Below, in pieces: positions 46,509 to 61,500 of a DNA stretch of 64,000 nt. This DNA comes from Oedothorax gibbosus (lineage: Eukaryota). Location of the stretch: NCBI GenBank assembly GCA_019343175.1, contig CM033278.1, positions 14,929,400 to 14,993,399 on the forward strand, in the 5' to 3' direction. Numbering within the stretch: the stretch's first letter is position 1; every line of letters begins with the position of its first letter. The translations under genes were made by a program, and so were the position numbers. Under the pieces are notes generated by a model. The model saw nothing but the letters and a program-made list of their open reading frames with translations. It searched no databases and had not been told where the DNA came from.

Positions 46509-49500
46509 GGATATTTTTTTTAAAGTACACATACTATGCAAAGGGATGAATATCACATTTAATTTAGAAATTATTTATTGTCATAATATACTTGTATGAT
46601 TTCATTGTTGTATTATTTATTTTATTTATGAAATTGATTTGGAATTTTTATGAAATTATATAAATGTCGAGAAAGACCAAACATGGACTTCTGAACATAA
46701 GTAGCTTTATGAAATGTTTCTGATATTGTTTTCAAAGTTAGCTGTTTTTTTAAATCTTTTGTACTCTAAGGTTGTAACTAGGATTATTAATTGTTATTTA
46801 AGCTCTGTTTTCTCGATTTAAAACTTTTGTTGTGAAACTTTTTTTTTATTTGTTTTCTTCTATGTACTCTCCTATAGGTAAAAATATAGTATAGGGGTCC
46901 CTTGCTAATGCTTGCAATTTTGCCAAAAGTATCTGAATTTAAAACAAATTATATTAAATTGCTACTATTCAACATTGTTTACATCACACAAACAATAAAT
47001 TTGTGAGGTAGTATAATTTGAAGTCTCATCTACAAAAACAAATTTGGTTAGCTATAAAAACAAAAGCATGACAATAAGATTGTAGGTACATCAAATGTGC
47101 TGCTATTGTTGCAGAAAACACATGAGAGTTGCTGTAACTGACGACTGATATTGGTACTTTAAATATGAAAAAGTACATTATCAATAAACATTTGTAAATT
47201 ATGAAATTTAAGATTATAAGAAAAACTGCTTCACAAAATACAGAAAAAGACGGGTCTAACGATCAGAGGGTTAATACTACAATAGTTGAGGGACCTCCCA
47301 TACTACCGTTTAACCTTCAGGTTATTTTGTTTTGGGTTAGGTTCTATCAAGTATTTTTCATTCATCTGTGATAGCAAAAATGCTTAGAATGAAACATTGT
47401 CCTATATATCATTTTCTCAAGCTTTGGAAAGTTTCTGTGTTTTTTGCTATTGAAATGTGAATGTACATATATGGAAGCCATTTATATAATTCTATAGTAG
47501 TTGTTAGGTTTGCTGAAATGTTCTTAGCTAATCACTTTAGTAATTTAAAATTGCATTTTAAAACATAGTATACCGGTTAGTGAAACTGCCTACATTTTTA
47601 GAAGTTATTTAATTTGAGTGCTGTAAAGTCTTTTTTTTTTATTGCAATGGATCTGTTTAAGAATAATTTTATGTAATATTTTCATCAACAAGTTAAAATT
47701 ATTTGATTGGATATTAATGTCATTAATCATGTGAGTTCCAGCAATATCTTCGCCAATTGCCTTCTTGTATACCTCTAGTGTGACGTTAATTCTATCTTGC
47801 TCAACAAAATGCTTCTATGATGACCTTTGCAAAATTTATTTTTTTGTTTGCTCCAGAATTATGCAAGGATGAGATTATGCATGATGGTGATTTTTCATTT
47901 TGATACGAGTTGTAGCTACAATATTTTGTCCTGCAAGATTTTATCCGACTTTAAAAGCATTGAAGGTTTTTTACCTAAAAACTCATTAAAACTATAGCTT
48001 TTAAAAATTTGTCACTCTTTTAAAAAAAATTCTACTTATTGCAAAAGTTTTTTCTGGTATGCATAACTAATATATCAAGCCCTCAAAATTTTCGCCAAAT
48101 CAAGATTCTCGGTTTTAACACTAAAAATCCATTCTGTGATTGCTGATGTAGATTAACAATTTCAATCTGCTTGCCTGGTAAATAAAACAAAACCATATCA
48201 TTTTTTCTAACTATAGCAACAAATTTATAATTTTAATTAAAAACATAAATTATGTGTAATTGCAGCACAAAAGTTCTTATATATATTTTTTATAAGTTTT
48301 TTCTTCTATAAAATGTACCATTCTTAAACATTTAATTGTTTTTTTTAATTTAATACTGTATTAATGATTTTAATTTAAAATTTATTCCAAACTCTTCACA
48401 TTATACATAGTATAAGAAAATTTTACGTGTGAATGTTTTTGGTAGAATGTGTCATATTTTATAAGCTTTGCTGTTGCCAATCAGTCATTCAAATACTTTG
48501 CTCAAGTAACTTGCTGTTTCACTTGTCATTTTAATACATTCAAAATAAACATTTTCTATTTGTTTACGTGGTTCTAAATTATGTCGCCAATAGCCCTTGT
48601 GTAGCTCTAGTGCTACGATAATTTAAAGTAACCTAACCTATTTGTTGACCAAACTATGCAATATGATTTTAAGTTGCTGAATTTGTCTCTGCTTCAAATT
48701 TACAAATTGTTGTTGACAGTTGCTTAACAGATAACATCAAATTGCTATGTTATCTATTAATTTGTAATTTATTGTTTAATTGGAAACTGAATAGTCAGCA
48801 AAAGTAGTATAGGAATTTTATCTGTAAACTTATTGCCTATTATGCAGGCAGAATTGTTTTCCTTCATATGGTGTTCAAATTTTTAAAGAAAAATATATAA
48901 CTTGGTGGTGGACTCTGGCTCTAATCAATGTAAAGTTATCATATTTGTTTTAACATTGTCCTTTCTTTACCATAGTTTAGAGTAACAGCTTTACAATTGT
49001 TGGTAAAATGCATATGAACTTTTCTTTTTTTAAATTTCCTGATATATATGTGCACTATAAAAAAAAATGCAAGTATTAAAGTTTTTTTATTGAATAAAAA
49101 TGTCACTTTTTTTTAAAAAAATGTTCTTTATACTATATTATGAAATTACAAATAATTAAAGTATTATTACAAAAACATTAATCTTGATTATACAGACACA
49201 GTCAATACTACAATAACATTGGAAGCCAATAGTAATTAAATGAAAACTTACACAATTTGTAGAAAATTAATTTAAAAATAGTTGGAATTTCAAAGAGTAA
49301 AACACAAATTAATTTGAGTGATGGAATTTTATTTTTAAAAAAACCTATCAGAGTTAAAACAAGAACATTCAATTATAAAAACCTATCAAAATAGTTTAAT
49401 ATCACAGGTTCATCACATCTTTGAAATATCTTTCAACGAATAATCGTATAAAATTTTCAATGTATTTAACATTTGTAAATTTAACTTTAAAATATAAATA

Positions 49501-49512
49501 ACCAGACATCTT

Positions 49513-52500
49513 CTATGTCACACCACATAAGCTAAAGCAATATACATTATTATCTCTACAACCAATCACTAAATAATTATTCAAAACAACTGGAGACGAA
49601 AATATCTCGCCAGGACAATTACAGAAACTAACAACATTTCCATTGGAGAGTTTAAGAATGTATATTACTCCATTGGTGGATGCTATTACTACATATTCAT
49701 TTTGCATCCACTGAAATATGAAAGGAGTTGCATAAACAGGCGAATTACAACAAAATTTCCATAAATATTCGTCATTTGGACCTATGCAATATACAATCCC
49801 ATCATGGCAACCAAATACAATGTGTCCTTTATTTTTGGATTCGTTTTTGGCTGGAGATGAAAATACTGGCCCATTTGTATGATGTTCTGTTACCTATAAA
49901 ATACAAGTTTTAAAAAAATTAAACATTGCTTCCTATTACCTTTCTTTTTTACTTAACCTGTTATGTACCTAATGTATAAATTTTTTCTTGTTTGCTCGAG
50001 ACGCTTGAAAATAAAAACTATTTTACCATACTAAGACATCAAAAATGTTTTGTAGATCTTCCTGAAATTTAAGGAATTAATTTGCTGGTGGAAATGATTG
50101 CATAATACAAACACATTTTAAAAATAGTTTTACACACTGCTTTACTAAATATTCAATAACTTTATTATTGCTAATTTTTGTAACTGCAAAAGTTTCAGAA
50201 CATTTGTTTTTTAACCTTTGTTTTAATAAGCATTTTTTGCAAAGAATGATGTCATCAAATGGACAACTTTAGCTCAAACATAAAACTTACTATATACCAA
50301 CTTTCTTCTAGAACTTTTTTTATATATGTTAAGGCAGTTCGCCATGACAAATTAATAAGTTTATTTAGTGAGAAGTTATTAAGGATCAAAACTTGGACTA
50401 AACTTAACCTTAAGAGCCAATTTGCCCCATTTGATGATACTAAGTAAATTCGAAAAGTAATTTTGTAGTTTTTATTTTTAATTTAGTAAATTTGTAACAG
50501 TTTAGATAGTTAGTTTTTGAAATGCATTAATGTAATATTTATTTCATAAAAATTGTAACTTTAATTTGCTTGAAATACTGCACTTACCAGATTTCCAGAT
50601 AAATCAAACTTCAATAAGCAATTGTTTGTAGATCCTATATAAATTGATGTGGAAGTAAATACAGGAGAGGAAAACAGTGGCTTTCCATGATTAAAAGTCC
50701 AAACAATATTTCCTGTATCCTACAAAATAAAAAAATAAAAAAATTTCAAATGGAATAAGAAAGCAATAATTAAGATAATGTAAAATAAATACATAAACCT
50801 TTCAAAGTTGTAAATAAAATATAATTTCATTTCTAAGATTTCAATTTATATTTAAAAATAATTTATATTTTTTAAATGTCCCTTACTTGCTGGAAAACCA
50901 ACAATAAGCCATATAAATTCGGAATATATATTTAGCCATATAAACATATATTTTTAATTCACATAAAATTTATTCTTATAAATATTTTCTAGAACAAAAA
51001 TGATTCAATTAAATCAATTCTAATTTTTTTTTGGAACATGGTTAATAATGGACAAACCATTTTTAAAACTGCAAATACACCATCTAATGTAGAAACCGCC
51101 AAGCATTTATTTTCAGTACACAAAGCTGGTGATGAAAAAATACTTCCATTAGATATTACTTGCTTCCAAACTAGTTGACCACTCTAAAAAAAATATGCAA
51201 GATATATTTAGGGAAAAGTCCTTAAAAGCATTTGGCTTAACCAAAAAAACAATTAGATACAGCATAATCCGGTTATAGCGTCATTCAAGGGACCACAACG
51301 TTTATGAGTTATAAACAAGGTAGAATATTAAGCGCACTATGTACTTATATTATTCATTAAAACATAAAAAAATTACTCGATTGAATTTGAATAAATTTTA
51401 ACCCTATGTGCTATTATTAGTAGTAACACTGCTCAAAACAATTAGGGGAGCCCATGGTTTAAACCCTTTCACCCCCAATGATTCCCTTTTTAATCATCAG
51501 CTTGCAATTTTTTTTTCTCACTAGGTTAAGTTACACTTATGTATCGTTAGATGGAAGAATCATGTCTTTTGAAGAATTAAATAATGTTTGTTTTAATTAA
51601 ATGAAAATATGAAAAACATGGTAAAATAAAATTCACTCTGAAACAATTTAAGCAAATAAATTGACCCTAAATTCTTCATGCTTGCATTTTTTAGATGTTT
51701 AAAAATGGATTTTAACTATTTTTAACAAATAGAGTTTTTGAAAAATTATCGTTATAATTTATTCAAAAGTTATTATTCCAATTTTTTCCCCTTAAATTTT
51801 AATTAAAAAAAGTAAGATTTCTACCCTGTTTTTTACCATTTTATTCTTTATGCATAATGAATCTATTTCACAAATTTTAGATTTTTAGAATAAAAAATAA
51901 AAATTTGGCACTGAAAGAGTAACAAAACTATGCAAAGTGCTCCCCTAAATGTTTTGAGCAGTGTAGTTTAATTCCTCTTTCTCTGGTCTATAATTTTTAG
52001 GTGAGAAATAATTTTATTTATTTGGCGACTTTTTGAAACATTTGGCAAATAAAATTTAATAAATTAAACAACTTTTAAATTTTCTTTATGAAGGCATTTT
52101 CGATACCATAAAATGGTATGTTTTTTTACCATTATAACTGAGGAGTTAATTAAATATTATCGTTATAAGCAAGGTACAACATTAGAGAGCTGTTGTAGTA
52201 ACCGATTTTGACTGTAGTTGTAAATTAGTTTCAAAGACAATGTTAAGGTGAAGAAAATAATAAGTACTTACAAGAGTTTGAACAGCATATAAATATTTAT
52301 CTCGGGAACCAAAATATGCAATGTTTTCAGATGATACAACCGGTGAACTTTTTATTTCTCCACCTGTCTCTAATTTCCATTTTATAATTCCAGTTTCAAT
52401 TTCCATGCAGTACAAATAACAATCATAACAACCTACAACAATAACAAAAAAAATTTATCTACGTATATATTAAATAAAATGGTGATTCTATACTAGGTCA

Positions 52501-55500
52501 ATTTATTCATTTAAATCAAAAGCCAAATCATGTATTGAAATTTAAATAGGTTCTTTTCTTAACAATTACTGTAAATTATATATTAAACAATTTGTACTGC
52601 TCTCCAGACAACAGGGCTGGGCTGTAACGCGTTACAGCCAGCAACAACGTAATTATAACAAGTAACGCGTTACTTGTAATAATGACTTTTTACAGTAATC
52701 TTATAGGTAATTCGTTACTTATAGGTAATTCGTTACATAATTTTCGAAAAAGTAATCTTTATTACAGTAGCACGTTACTTTCATTAATTTTATCATTAAC
52801 ACTCTAATAAATGTCCAAAACAAAAAAAAATGCTTTAAAAAACAAAATTTAAAAAAACTTTCACGTACTCTTTGCTAAGTGGAGAAATATTGTTAACACA
52901 AAAATGAAACATTCCCTACTGATTGCAGTGATTAAACACTCATCTAGCAGTGATGATTTTTTTTAGAAGGTAAAAACTAGACATCCTCCCGCCGAAGCCG
53001 ATTTTGAGTTGTCTACATCTTTCCAAAGTAACGACCATAATATGACTGTATTCTGTACCCTACTAACAATTAAAAACATGTTCATAAAATATAATACCCC
53101 CTTATCAGCCAATACGGCTGTTGAAAGGTTAGTTCTGGTGGTTTATGTCTCCGGACCCAATCGTAGCTGTGTAAGCGACAAAAATTTTGAGATGCAGCTT
53201 TTGTTGTACCCCAATAAGTAGATTTTCTGCTAACTGTTTAATAAAGTCGATTTTAGAAAAAAATCATTTATTCATTCATACTTTATTTTTCAAAACATTT
53301 GTAAATATGAAATTTTGTTGTAAAAAGTAATCTTAAAAGTAATTGTAATTTGTTACTTTTAGAAATTAGTAATTTTACAGGTAATTAGTTACTTTTTACG
53401 AAAAGTAATTGTAACGAGTTACATTTAAACAAGTAACGGCCCAGCCCTGCCAGACAATGTGAATTTATTAAAGTATTGTAAATGAAAAATAATTGGCTTG
53501 TTATACATGACATAGATAATTCCTCCGTTCAATCCTGGATTCCATTGATGGTATGGAATGGTAAGCTCCGCTCAATCCATTGATTAACCAACCAAGACAA
53601 TTTTTCATTCTTGTTGAACTGTTGTCACTCAATACGTGAAACATGCAGAATGAAGGTCAAATTACAGAATCCAAATTAGCGATGAAATTTCAATGTAATA
53701 ATTAAAAAAATATTCTATTGGGTACAAATTTATAGCTTGGTACATTTCCCACCTTTCAAACACAAGAAAGTAAAACAAAGTAAACATACAGAACTTTTAA
53801 GGAATTAATATATACTTACCCACAAGTACATATTTGCCACAAAAAGTTGTAGAAGATGAAGATTCTATTCTATCTGGCAATTTTGTTGTCCATTCCAATT
53901 CTTTTGCATTTACATTTATGCAACTGAATAATCCTGAATGAGACCCAATGAAAGCTAACAATTTATCAGATCTGAAAGAATATATATTTATATTGGTAGA
54001 AGAACTAAATATTATCACAAGAATTCACTAGTTGATTGAAGTTGTAAAAATTATAACTTTAAAACTTCGCAATGATGTTACTTTATAATTTAAACCTCTA
54101 GTTTCATGATCACATAATAAAGCATCTTCTGAATTATAAATAACATGAATAAAAAACACCAATTTCATTTGTACTATGGCAATAAAAAAACAATGCATAT
54201 TTGAGCATTATAATTTAGTAAAAACTAGAAGGAAAATTGCGGGGAGTACAAAGAATAAGAGGCTAAAAAAAGTGTGTTTCTTCATGAAAAATGCAAATTC
54301 AAATTTGATATTTAAATGTTTAAATCTTTAAAATGTTGCATGGATGTTGTTAAACATTCTAAACAATTTTTTTTTTTTAAAATTTCAATTTTTAAAAAAA
54401 TGTTGCATTAAAATAGGTCTTATCACTGATTTTATAATTTTGGAGTTATTTGTAACATAAAACTTCAAATTTTTACTTACTGAAAGAAATAGGAAACACA
54501 CGGAGAAGCATCCACACATTTCTTTAAATCAAACGTACCATTTAGTCTCAAGCAGATGCTAGTATTTTTGGGAAATTTCTCTTCCTTTCTACAAGAAATA
54601 CCTTCTTTTGAATGAACACACTTCAGAGAATAGCCTCTTCTTGTTGCGGTTTCATAACATTCAGAGTTCTCTAAACATGCTTTTTTAAAAACAGGCCCTT
54701 GACAGTTTTTATTTACTAAAACATTGTAGTTTTCACATGGTTTTGATGCATTTTTTTCAGTTAAACACTCTTCAACATGTTTAATAATGTCTTTAAAAGA
54801 ATCGTTTAAAAGTTTTTCTACCAGCTCGGGTGAGAATATCTGTAATTTCCACTTAATATCACATGCAAAATAAACAGCAGAGAAAGAGTCTCCACCACTC
54901 ATGATAAAATTATCGTCTTCTGATATAGTTGAAACTTTTGTAAAGCTCTGAAAAATAACCATAATAAAAAAAACAAAATTTAAAAAAGGTTACTAATTAT
55001 TATTCCTACTTTTTTGTTTTTATAATTTTAAATATTTGTTTTGGTAGAATTCTAGAGCTACACAAGAACTATTGACAAAAGTAATCATAATTTTGGACAA
55101 CTACCAAGTAAGTATGTTAAAATATACTAAAAAAATTTAAGAATACTTTAAACACCATGATAACACAATAAAAAACCTTTTAAACAAACTAAATCCAACA
55201 TTGGACAGAAATGATAAATAACAAACTGTCAGTTAAAGAAATCATATAAAATGAACTGCAGCCTACGTTTTTGGTTTGGTACAATTCCCTGTTAAAAATT
55301 ATTATTATAGAGGATGGAGCTAATAGAGCCAGAGCTTTATATATAAAGTTTAATAAATTCTACTTAAAAACCTACATTTTGGATTTTGTCTAGGCCATGA
55401 TCTATTTCAAACTTAATTAACTATTAGATCCATCAAGATAGTTATGAAAATGTCCTTAAGGTTTAAGTATTACATAAAAATAATGTATTTACCTTCCATA

Positions 55501-58500
55501 AAATCGAAATGACATCCAAATAGTTAGCTTCAAGTGAATTCCGAGTTTCTTGCTCTTTTAACTTGGAAAACTCCAACATTTTTACACAATCAGCTTTCCC
55601 TATAAGGCAAAAATTATGTATGATAAAAAAAATAGCATTGCATTAAACTATTACATATTTTTAGAAATTTTAATTCTAAAATGTAACTAGATAAGAACTT
55701 TACTTTTTTTATACATAATTTTGTATTGCACATTTGCTTCAAAATTGTAAAAAAGGCTGTAAAACAAGTACTTCCAAGACTTAAATACAACATAAAGTGA
55801 TATATTACTGTAAGCAAATATCTATGTATTACCCTATCTAAATAATATACTTTATTAAAAGAATTTAATTTAGCTCAGTAAAACTATGGTACTGTTGATT
55901 TTCTCTCACAAATTTCACAAGGAAAAGTAAACAAAGCTAAATATTTATAATTAAAAAAAAAGGTCTATGGAAGCAGGGTTTGGAGTAACATGATACTTGT
56001 AAAAGTTGCCTATTTAAGGTAACATCATGTTTTTCAGAAAGTAACTTTAACTTAGTTACTTTTAGCGGTAACAAAGCAACAAAAAATTTCGTTACTTTTC
56101 GTTACTTCACACACCATCTTCACAGAGCTCATTTGTTGCAGAATGCATTCTTGTGTGTTGGTTTGTATTAATTTAATGTTTCTTTACCTTGGTTCTCTTT
56201 GAAAAGTGGTAAGATGGTTGAATTGCAATTTTTCTTATGACTTGAAATTTCTAAAAGTATCTATTATTAGTTACTTTTCATATTAAGTAACTGTAACAGA
56301 GTTACTTTTTAATAATGTAACTGTAACAGAGTTACTTTTTAATAATGTAACTGAGTTACTTTTTAATAATGTAACTGAGTTACTTTTTAATAATGTAACT
56401 GAGTTACTTTTTAATAATGTAACTGAGTTACTTTTTAATAATGTAACTGAGTTACTTTTTAATAATGTAACTGAGTTACTTTTTAAAAGTAACTTTCCAG
56501 GCAGTTTTGCTCTAACGTTATAATAATACTGCACCAAATGTACATGTACATTAAAAGTATATTTACATAAAATACATACAAGATAGCATAAGTATATTAA
56601 TTTAGGCATATTTGTAAAATTGCACACTCACCATTTTTAGTTAAAGGAATAAATGGCACTGTAACAACTTCAACTGCTGGCAAATTAGATATCGAAAGCC
56701 GAAGCGCTTCAATTATTTGATCTCTGCCCTCAGTATAAACATTCACATATACTTCGTACACAACAAACAAAATAATTTTAGAATGTTGCTGATCAAAATA
56801 GACATAGTGATCCACTATTTCAGGCATATTTTCAAGTAAGTCACTTATGTTTTGCAAAAATAATTTTTGGCCATTGTATTTGATAATTTTATCTTTCCTT
56901 CCAAGAAAATGAAGTCCATGAGCAGTCTTGATTGCGAAATCCCCAGTTCTCCTCATAAATTGCATCTCAACTTGGGGCCAACTTTCATCATCTACAAGAC
57001 ACCACCTTTTGTTTCCACCTATTATATACATAAAAAACATTAAAGAACAAGCAAACATTTAAAAAAGCAAAAGTCTGCAGTTTTTAAAAGAAAAACCTTA
57101 CATTTACGCCTCTAAAATCATATAATGTAAGAAACCCATACTGTTTTAAAACTAAACCTCAAATCTGATCTAGGATATTTATACTGTTTATAAGAACCAA
57201 AGTTTCTTTGTTTCAAATATTTAACCTGCTCTTTTCATCAACATTCTTAACTAGACACTATTTTTCAAAGATTTGACTAATCAAATACAGACATCACAAA
57301 AATATACATGAAATAGAAACACATTTTAATTTCAGCATTTTTTAATGCATATCTTTATGGAAGACAGAGGGATTAATAATCATAGGTTTACAAATTTATT
57401 GCAGTTAGGTAGTTTACTTATATAGCTATGTACATAAATTCACACAAAATTAAAAAAAAATTAAAACCAATTTACACAAACCAATCAAAACTTCTCCATT
57501 TTCATTTAATTCAATATTTGTTTCTAAAAGAGGGTCTCCCAAAAGCATTTCTGATGAGGTTTCACTGAAATTAATATAAACACATTAAAAACAATAGCAA
57601 ATTTAAAAAGTCATGCTATACATACAATGCAGGAGCAATGTACTAATTTACATGTATTATTAATTAAGTCATGGAAAAGAAGTATGTTGATTTTCAAGAG
57701 TTTCATCCTATTAAATAGGCTATGCAAAAAAAATACCACTAAAATATGCAATTAGTTTCAATGAAATTGAGAAATTTTGGAAAAGAACAGTGCAGTAGTC
57801 TCACTAACTAACTGAAACCCGTTTAATTAAGCTTGATATTTTTAATGTTCTCAATCAATTCTTAAAATACACTCAATAGCTAGCGCTTGAATAATCTCAT
57901 TTATAGTATTAATCGTTATTATCTCATTTATAGTTATTATCTCATTCTCGGGTATTTTAGAAAAAAGTTTGTGTAGTTTTGTCAACAAATAACCCAGTAA
58001 TTATATTTTGTGTAATTTCATTATACCAATGCGGACAACTTAATTCAAATTGAACACTGTTCTTTAATTGTGCAAAAGATAGTCATAGCATCAAAATATA
58101 AACATGTTTAAAATAGTGATCATTGATCTACAAAAACCGAATAAAGGGTTAAGTTTGAAACCTATTGAATTTTTGTTTAAAATCCTGCATTATTAAGTAA
58201 AATTCCCAAGTGGATAATTTGATTAAACTGAATGAACTTTGTTTAAAAAAAATGAAAATAATACTTACTTTTTTAAATCAATAAGGTAGCAAGAGGCCCA
58301 ACATGAAATTTCTGTCACTCCATATAAATTGAAAAGCAGAGTTTGATTTTCTGACGATTTCCACATTCTCAATTTGTTCAAAGAAGGGCAGACTTCACCA
58401 CCAAATGCAAGAACACGTAATTTGGATTCTTTCGATAATAAAGTGTTTTTAATAAAATTTTCACTTAAGCTTTTAAAAAGGGATGGTGTAGCCTATAGGA

Positions 58501-61500
58501 ATATAAAAATTCTATTGATTAAAGACAAATAAAAAGCATAAACAAATAAATAAATCCTCCAACATAATTAATAAATCTTAACATAAATCAACAAAAGAAA
58601 CATATCCCTTTGAGTCGAACACAATAAGTTCAGTTTAAGTGGAGTTAACCAGTGTAGTATGCAATCTCACACTTATAAAAATTATTGCAATCTAAAGTTT
58701 CTGTAAGCGGAATCGATGAAACATAATAAGAAAGACAAATTTTAAGGAAAATTAAAGTAATTATAGCTTTTTGATGAAAAAAAAGGAGAAACTTCCTTGA
58801 AAATTCTGCAGACTGATTTTGTGAAATTTTTACCTAATATTAAAAATAAACTAGAATCACAATTTTAAAAAATAGCAAAAATATATTTACTTTTTTGCTT
58901 TGCAATATTATATTTTCTTAATATTATTAATATAAAATTATTAATATAAAATATATAATAAATAATAAATATAAAATAAATAATTTATTAATATAAAACT
59001 TAATATTAGATATTTAAAAAATCAGTTTTTATAAAGAAAAATTGACATTAATACATACTTTATACAAAATATACATACTTGAATCACCGTCACTTTGCTA
59101 TCAACAATGACATCACAAAGTCTTTTAGTCAAGCACTTCATTTGATTCGGTACAATCACTAAAGTACAGCCAGATACAATCGCAAGAAAAATTTCAACTA
59201 TACTAGGATCAAAGCTAAGGGGTGAGCACATTAGCAGCACATCGTCAGAGTTTATGTTGAATCTATTGCTAAGAGTAAAAAAAACCCGATTAATAATATA
59301 GTAATAATATACATAATTAAATTAGTAATAATTTTAATATGATCCCTTAATAAAATTTTGGTTATTGCAATTAACTGAGAATAATGTCAACTTAAATACA
59401 AAAACTTGGTTTCTCCAATGAATAACGGCTGAACTTTTCAATAGTATAACTTTTTAAGTTCATTATCTTGCTGATTCAACAAACTCTAAAATCCTTACAT
59501 TCATTTGTTTTACTCCTGTGAAATGTCCTGTTTCCTTTTGAGAATTTATAAAATGTAGCAGCAGGCAAAATCGTAAACATGAAAATTGACATTAAAAGTG
59601 TCAGTTATATGAATGAACCAAATTAAGAACATGCATTCATGAAGTATGCAACTAGAAAAAAAGTTACCAAAAGTTCTTTTTTTTAAATTTACTTAGAGTA
59701 TGCTTTATTTCATTTTACTATTCTAGCTAAATAAAATATAAAAACAAGGTGACAGTTCACGATTTTGAGAAGATGCAGATTTTGAAGATTGCAGTGCATA
59801 ACCTTCTATTTTGATTTCAATCACTTAGATTTTGGATAATTAACCAAGAAAAAATAACAAAACATAGCTTACAAATATGAAATATATCCTTCTCACCCCC
59901 CTCCCAAAAAAAATCCGACACGTATATATTTTTATAAAAACATATTTTTCAAACAATTATATATTTAAACTGTGTTTTGCAAGTAATTTTGAAAGCAATT
60001 ATTTTAGTTTACAATAGAAAAGTTAGAATTAAGAAAAACTGTAAAATGAAGTTGCAAAGTGAATTCTACAACTGTCCACATATGTGTACCTCTGGAGCAA
60101 AAAGGTTATGCATAGTAATAGTAACAGTAAAGCTGCATTTAAATTATGTACATAGAGGTTAAATTGGAGTGTGTATATGTCAAATATGAAAATAAATAAA
60201 AGCTATTAGTTACAAAATCATCACAGTAGACAATTCGATGATGAAATTAAATCTCCCCCCCCCCCCCCTAACTTAATACATTTTATTAAATAAAATTGTG
60301 TTTGAAAGGTATTAAAAATTTAATAAACATATATTTACCCAAGATCTATAATATTTGGCACAATACATTGGTGAGGTACCTGCACAATTTTCGGTGTTCC
60401 AGTAGTTCCAGATGTTTGAATGATGTAGGATAGCCTATGCACATATCTGGAGAAATCAGGATAAAGCTTTGAAGCTGGACAATCGGTACAGTCAACAGAT
60501 TTTAAAAGAACTAACGAGGAAAAATTGCTTGAAGATATAGTACGCTTTTCTGACCAACAAACACATAGTTTTTCTTTGAAGTCCTAAATTAAGAAAATAA
60601 ATCAAACATAAAAAGATGATAATTTTTAAAAACAACTGTGATAGTAGAAAAAATGACGTCTAAATATATTCTATTGGGCAAACATGAAGTTTTATTATGA
60701 TTAACACTATACTTGTAAAGTGATGTATTCAATGATAAAAAGTATTTTTTATAGTATAGTGTAGTATTTTTTTTTCAAAGAAAATATTTAGACCAGCGGT
60801 TCCCAACCTGGGGCGATCGCCCCCAAGTAGACAATTTGTGTTATCAAGGGGGCAAAAAATACTCGAGGGGCGATCAGTATTCAAAGGGGTAAAATTAAAA
60901 TAATTTTGTACCTTTGTACAGTAAAGCCATTCTCCAACCATAACCAAACCAGCCAATTTTTGCTTCAAACTCTTAAATTTTCTAGAAACCAGTAAAAATA
61001 TCTTAGTTAATTATTTCACTTTTGTTCTTTAAAAATATGTATGTTTTTCTATTTTATTTAAAAGTGACCGGATAAAGCTTCTTTTGTTGTTTTTATAAAC
61101 GGCAGTAAGTGTTATTAATAAAACTGTTTTATAGCTACACTTTAACTCCAATTATGATTAGACATAACATGAAAATTAAAAGGGGGCGATAGATGTTAAT
61201 CAACCTAAAATACGAGGCGATGGTCCAGAAAAGGTTGGGAACCACTGATTTAGACTATGCTAGTAAGTACTCAGTTAAAATTTCTATGAACAACCACCTT
61301 GATTTAGTGACCTACTCTGCTAATGGGCTATTTGTCAAACAATTTTTTTTTTTCATTTTTTCTCTACCACTACGTCTGCTGACAAATTAAGGTTGGTTAG
61401 AGGTTGGTTGATTCATTAATAGAAATATATGTTAGAATGAGCAAACTAAACAAGAAAGGTAAAGATTTGTAAAATAAAGAAAAATAAAAATATATTATTT

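Noticed and set aside
49513-49707. Short 64-aa track ORF as an independent gene
   Set aside because: It is the tail of a 381-nt terminal AASDH exon (49893-49513). The upstream in-frame part simply lacks ATG/GTG/TTG, so the ORF caller truncated it.
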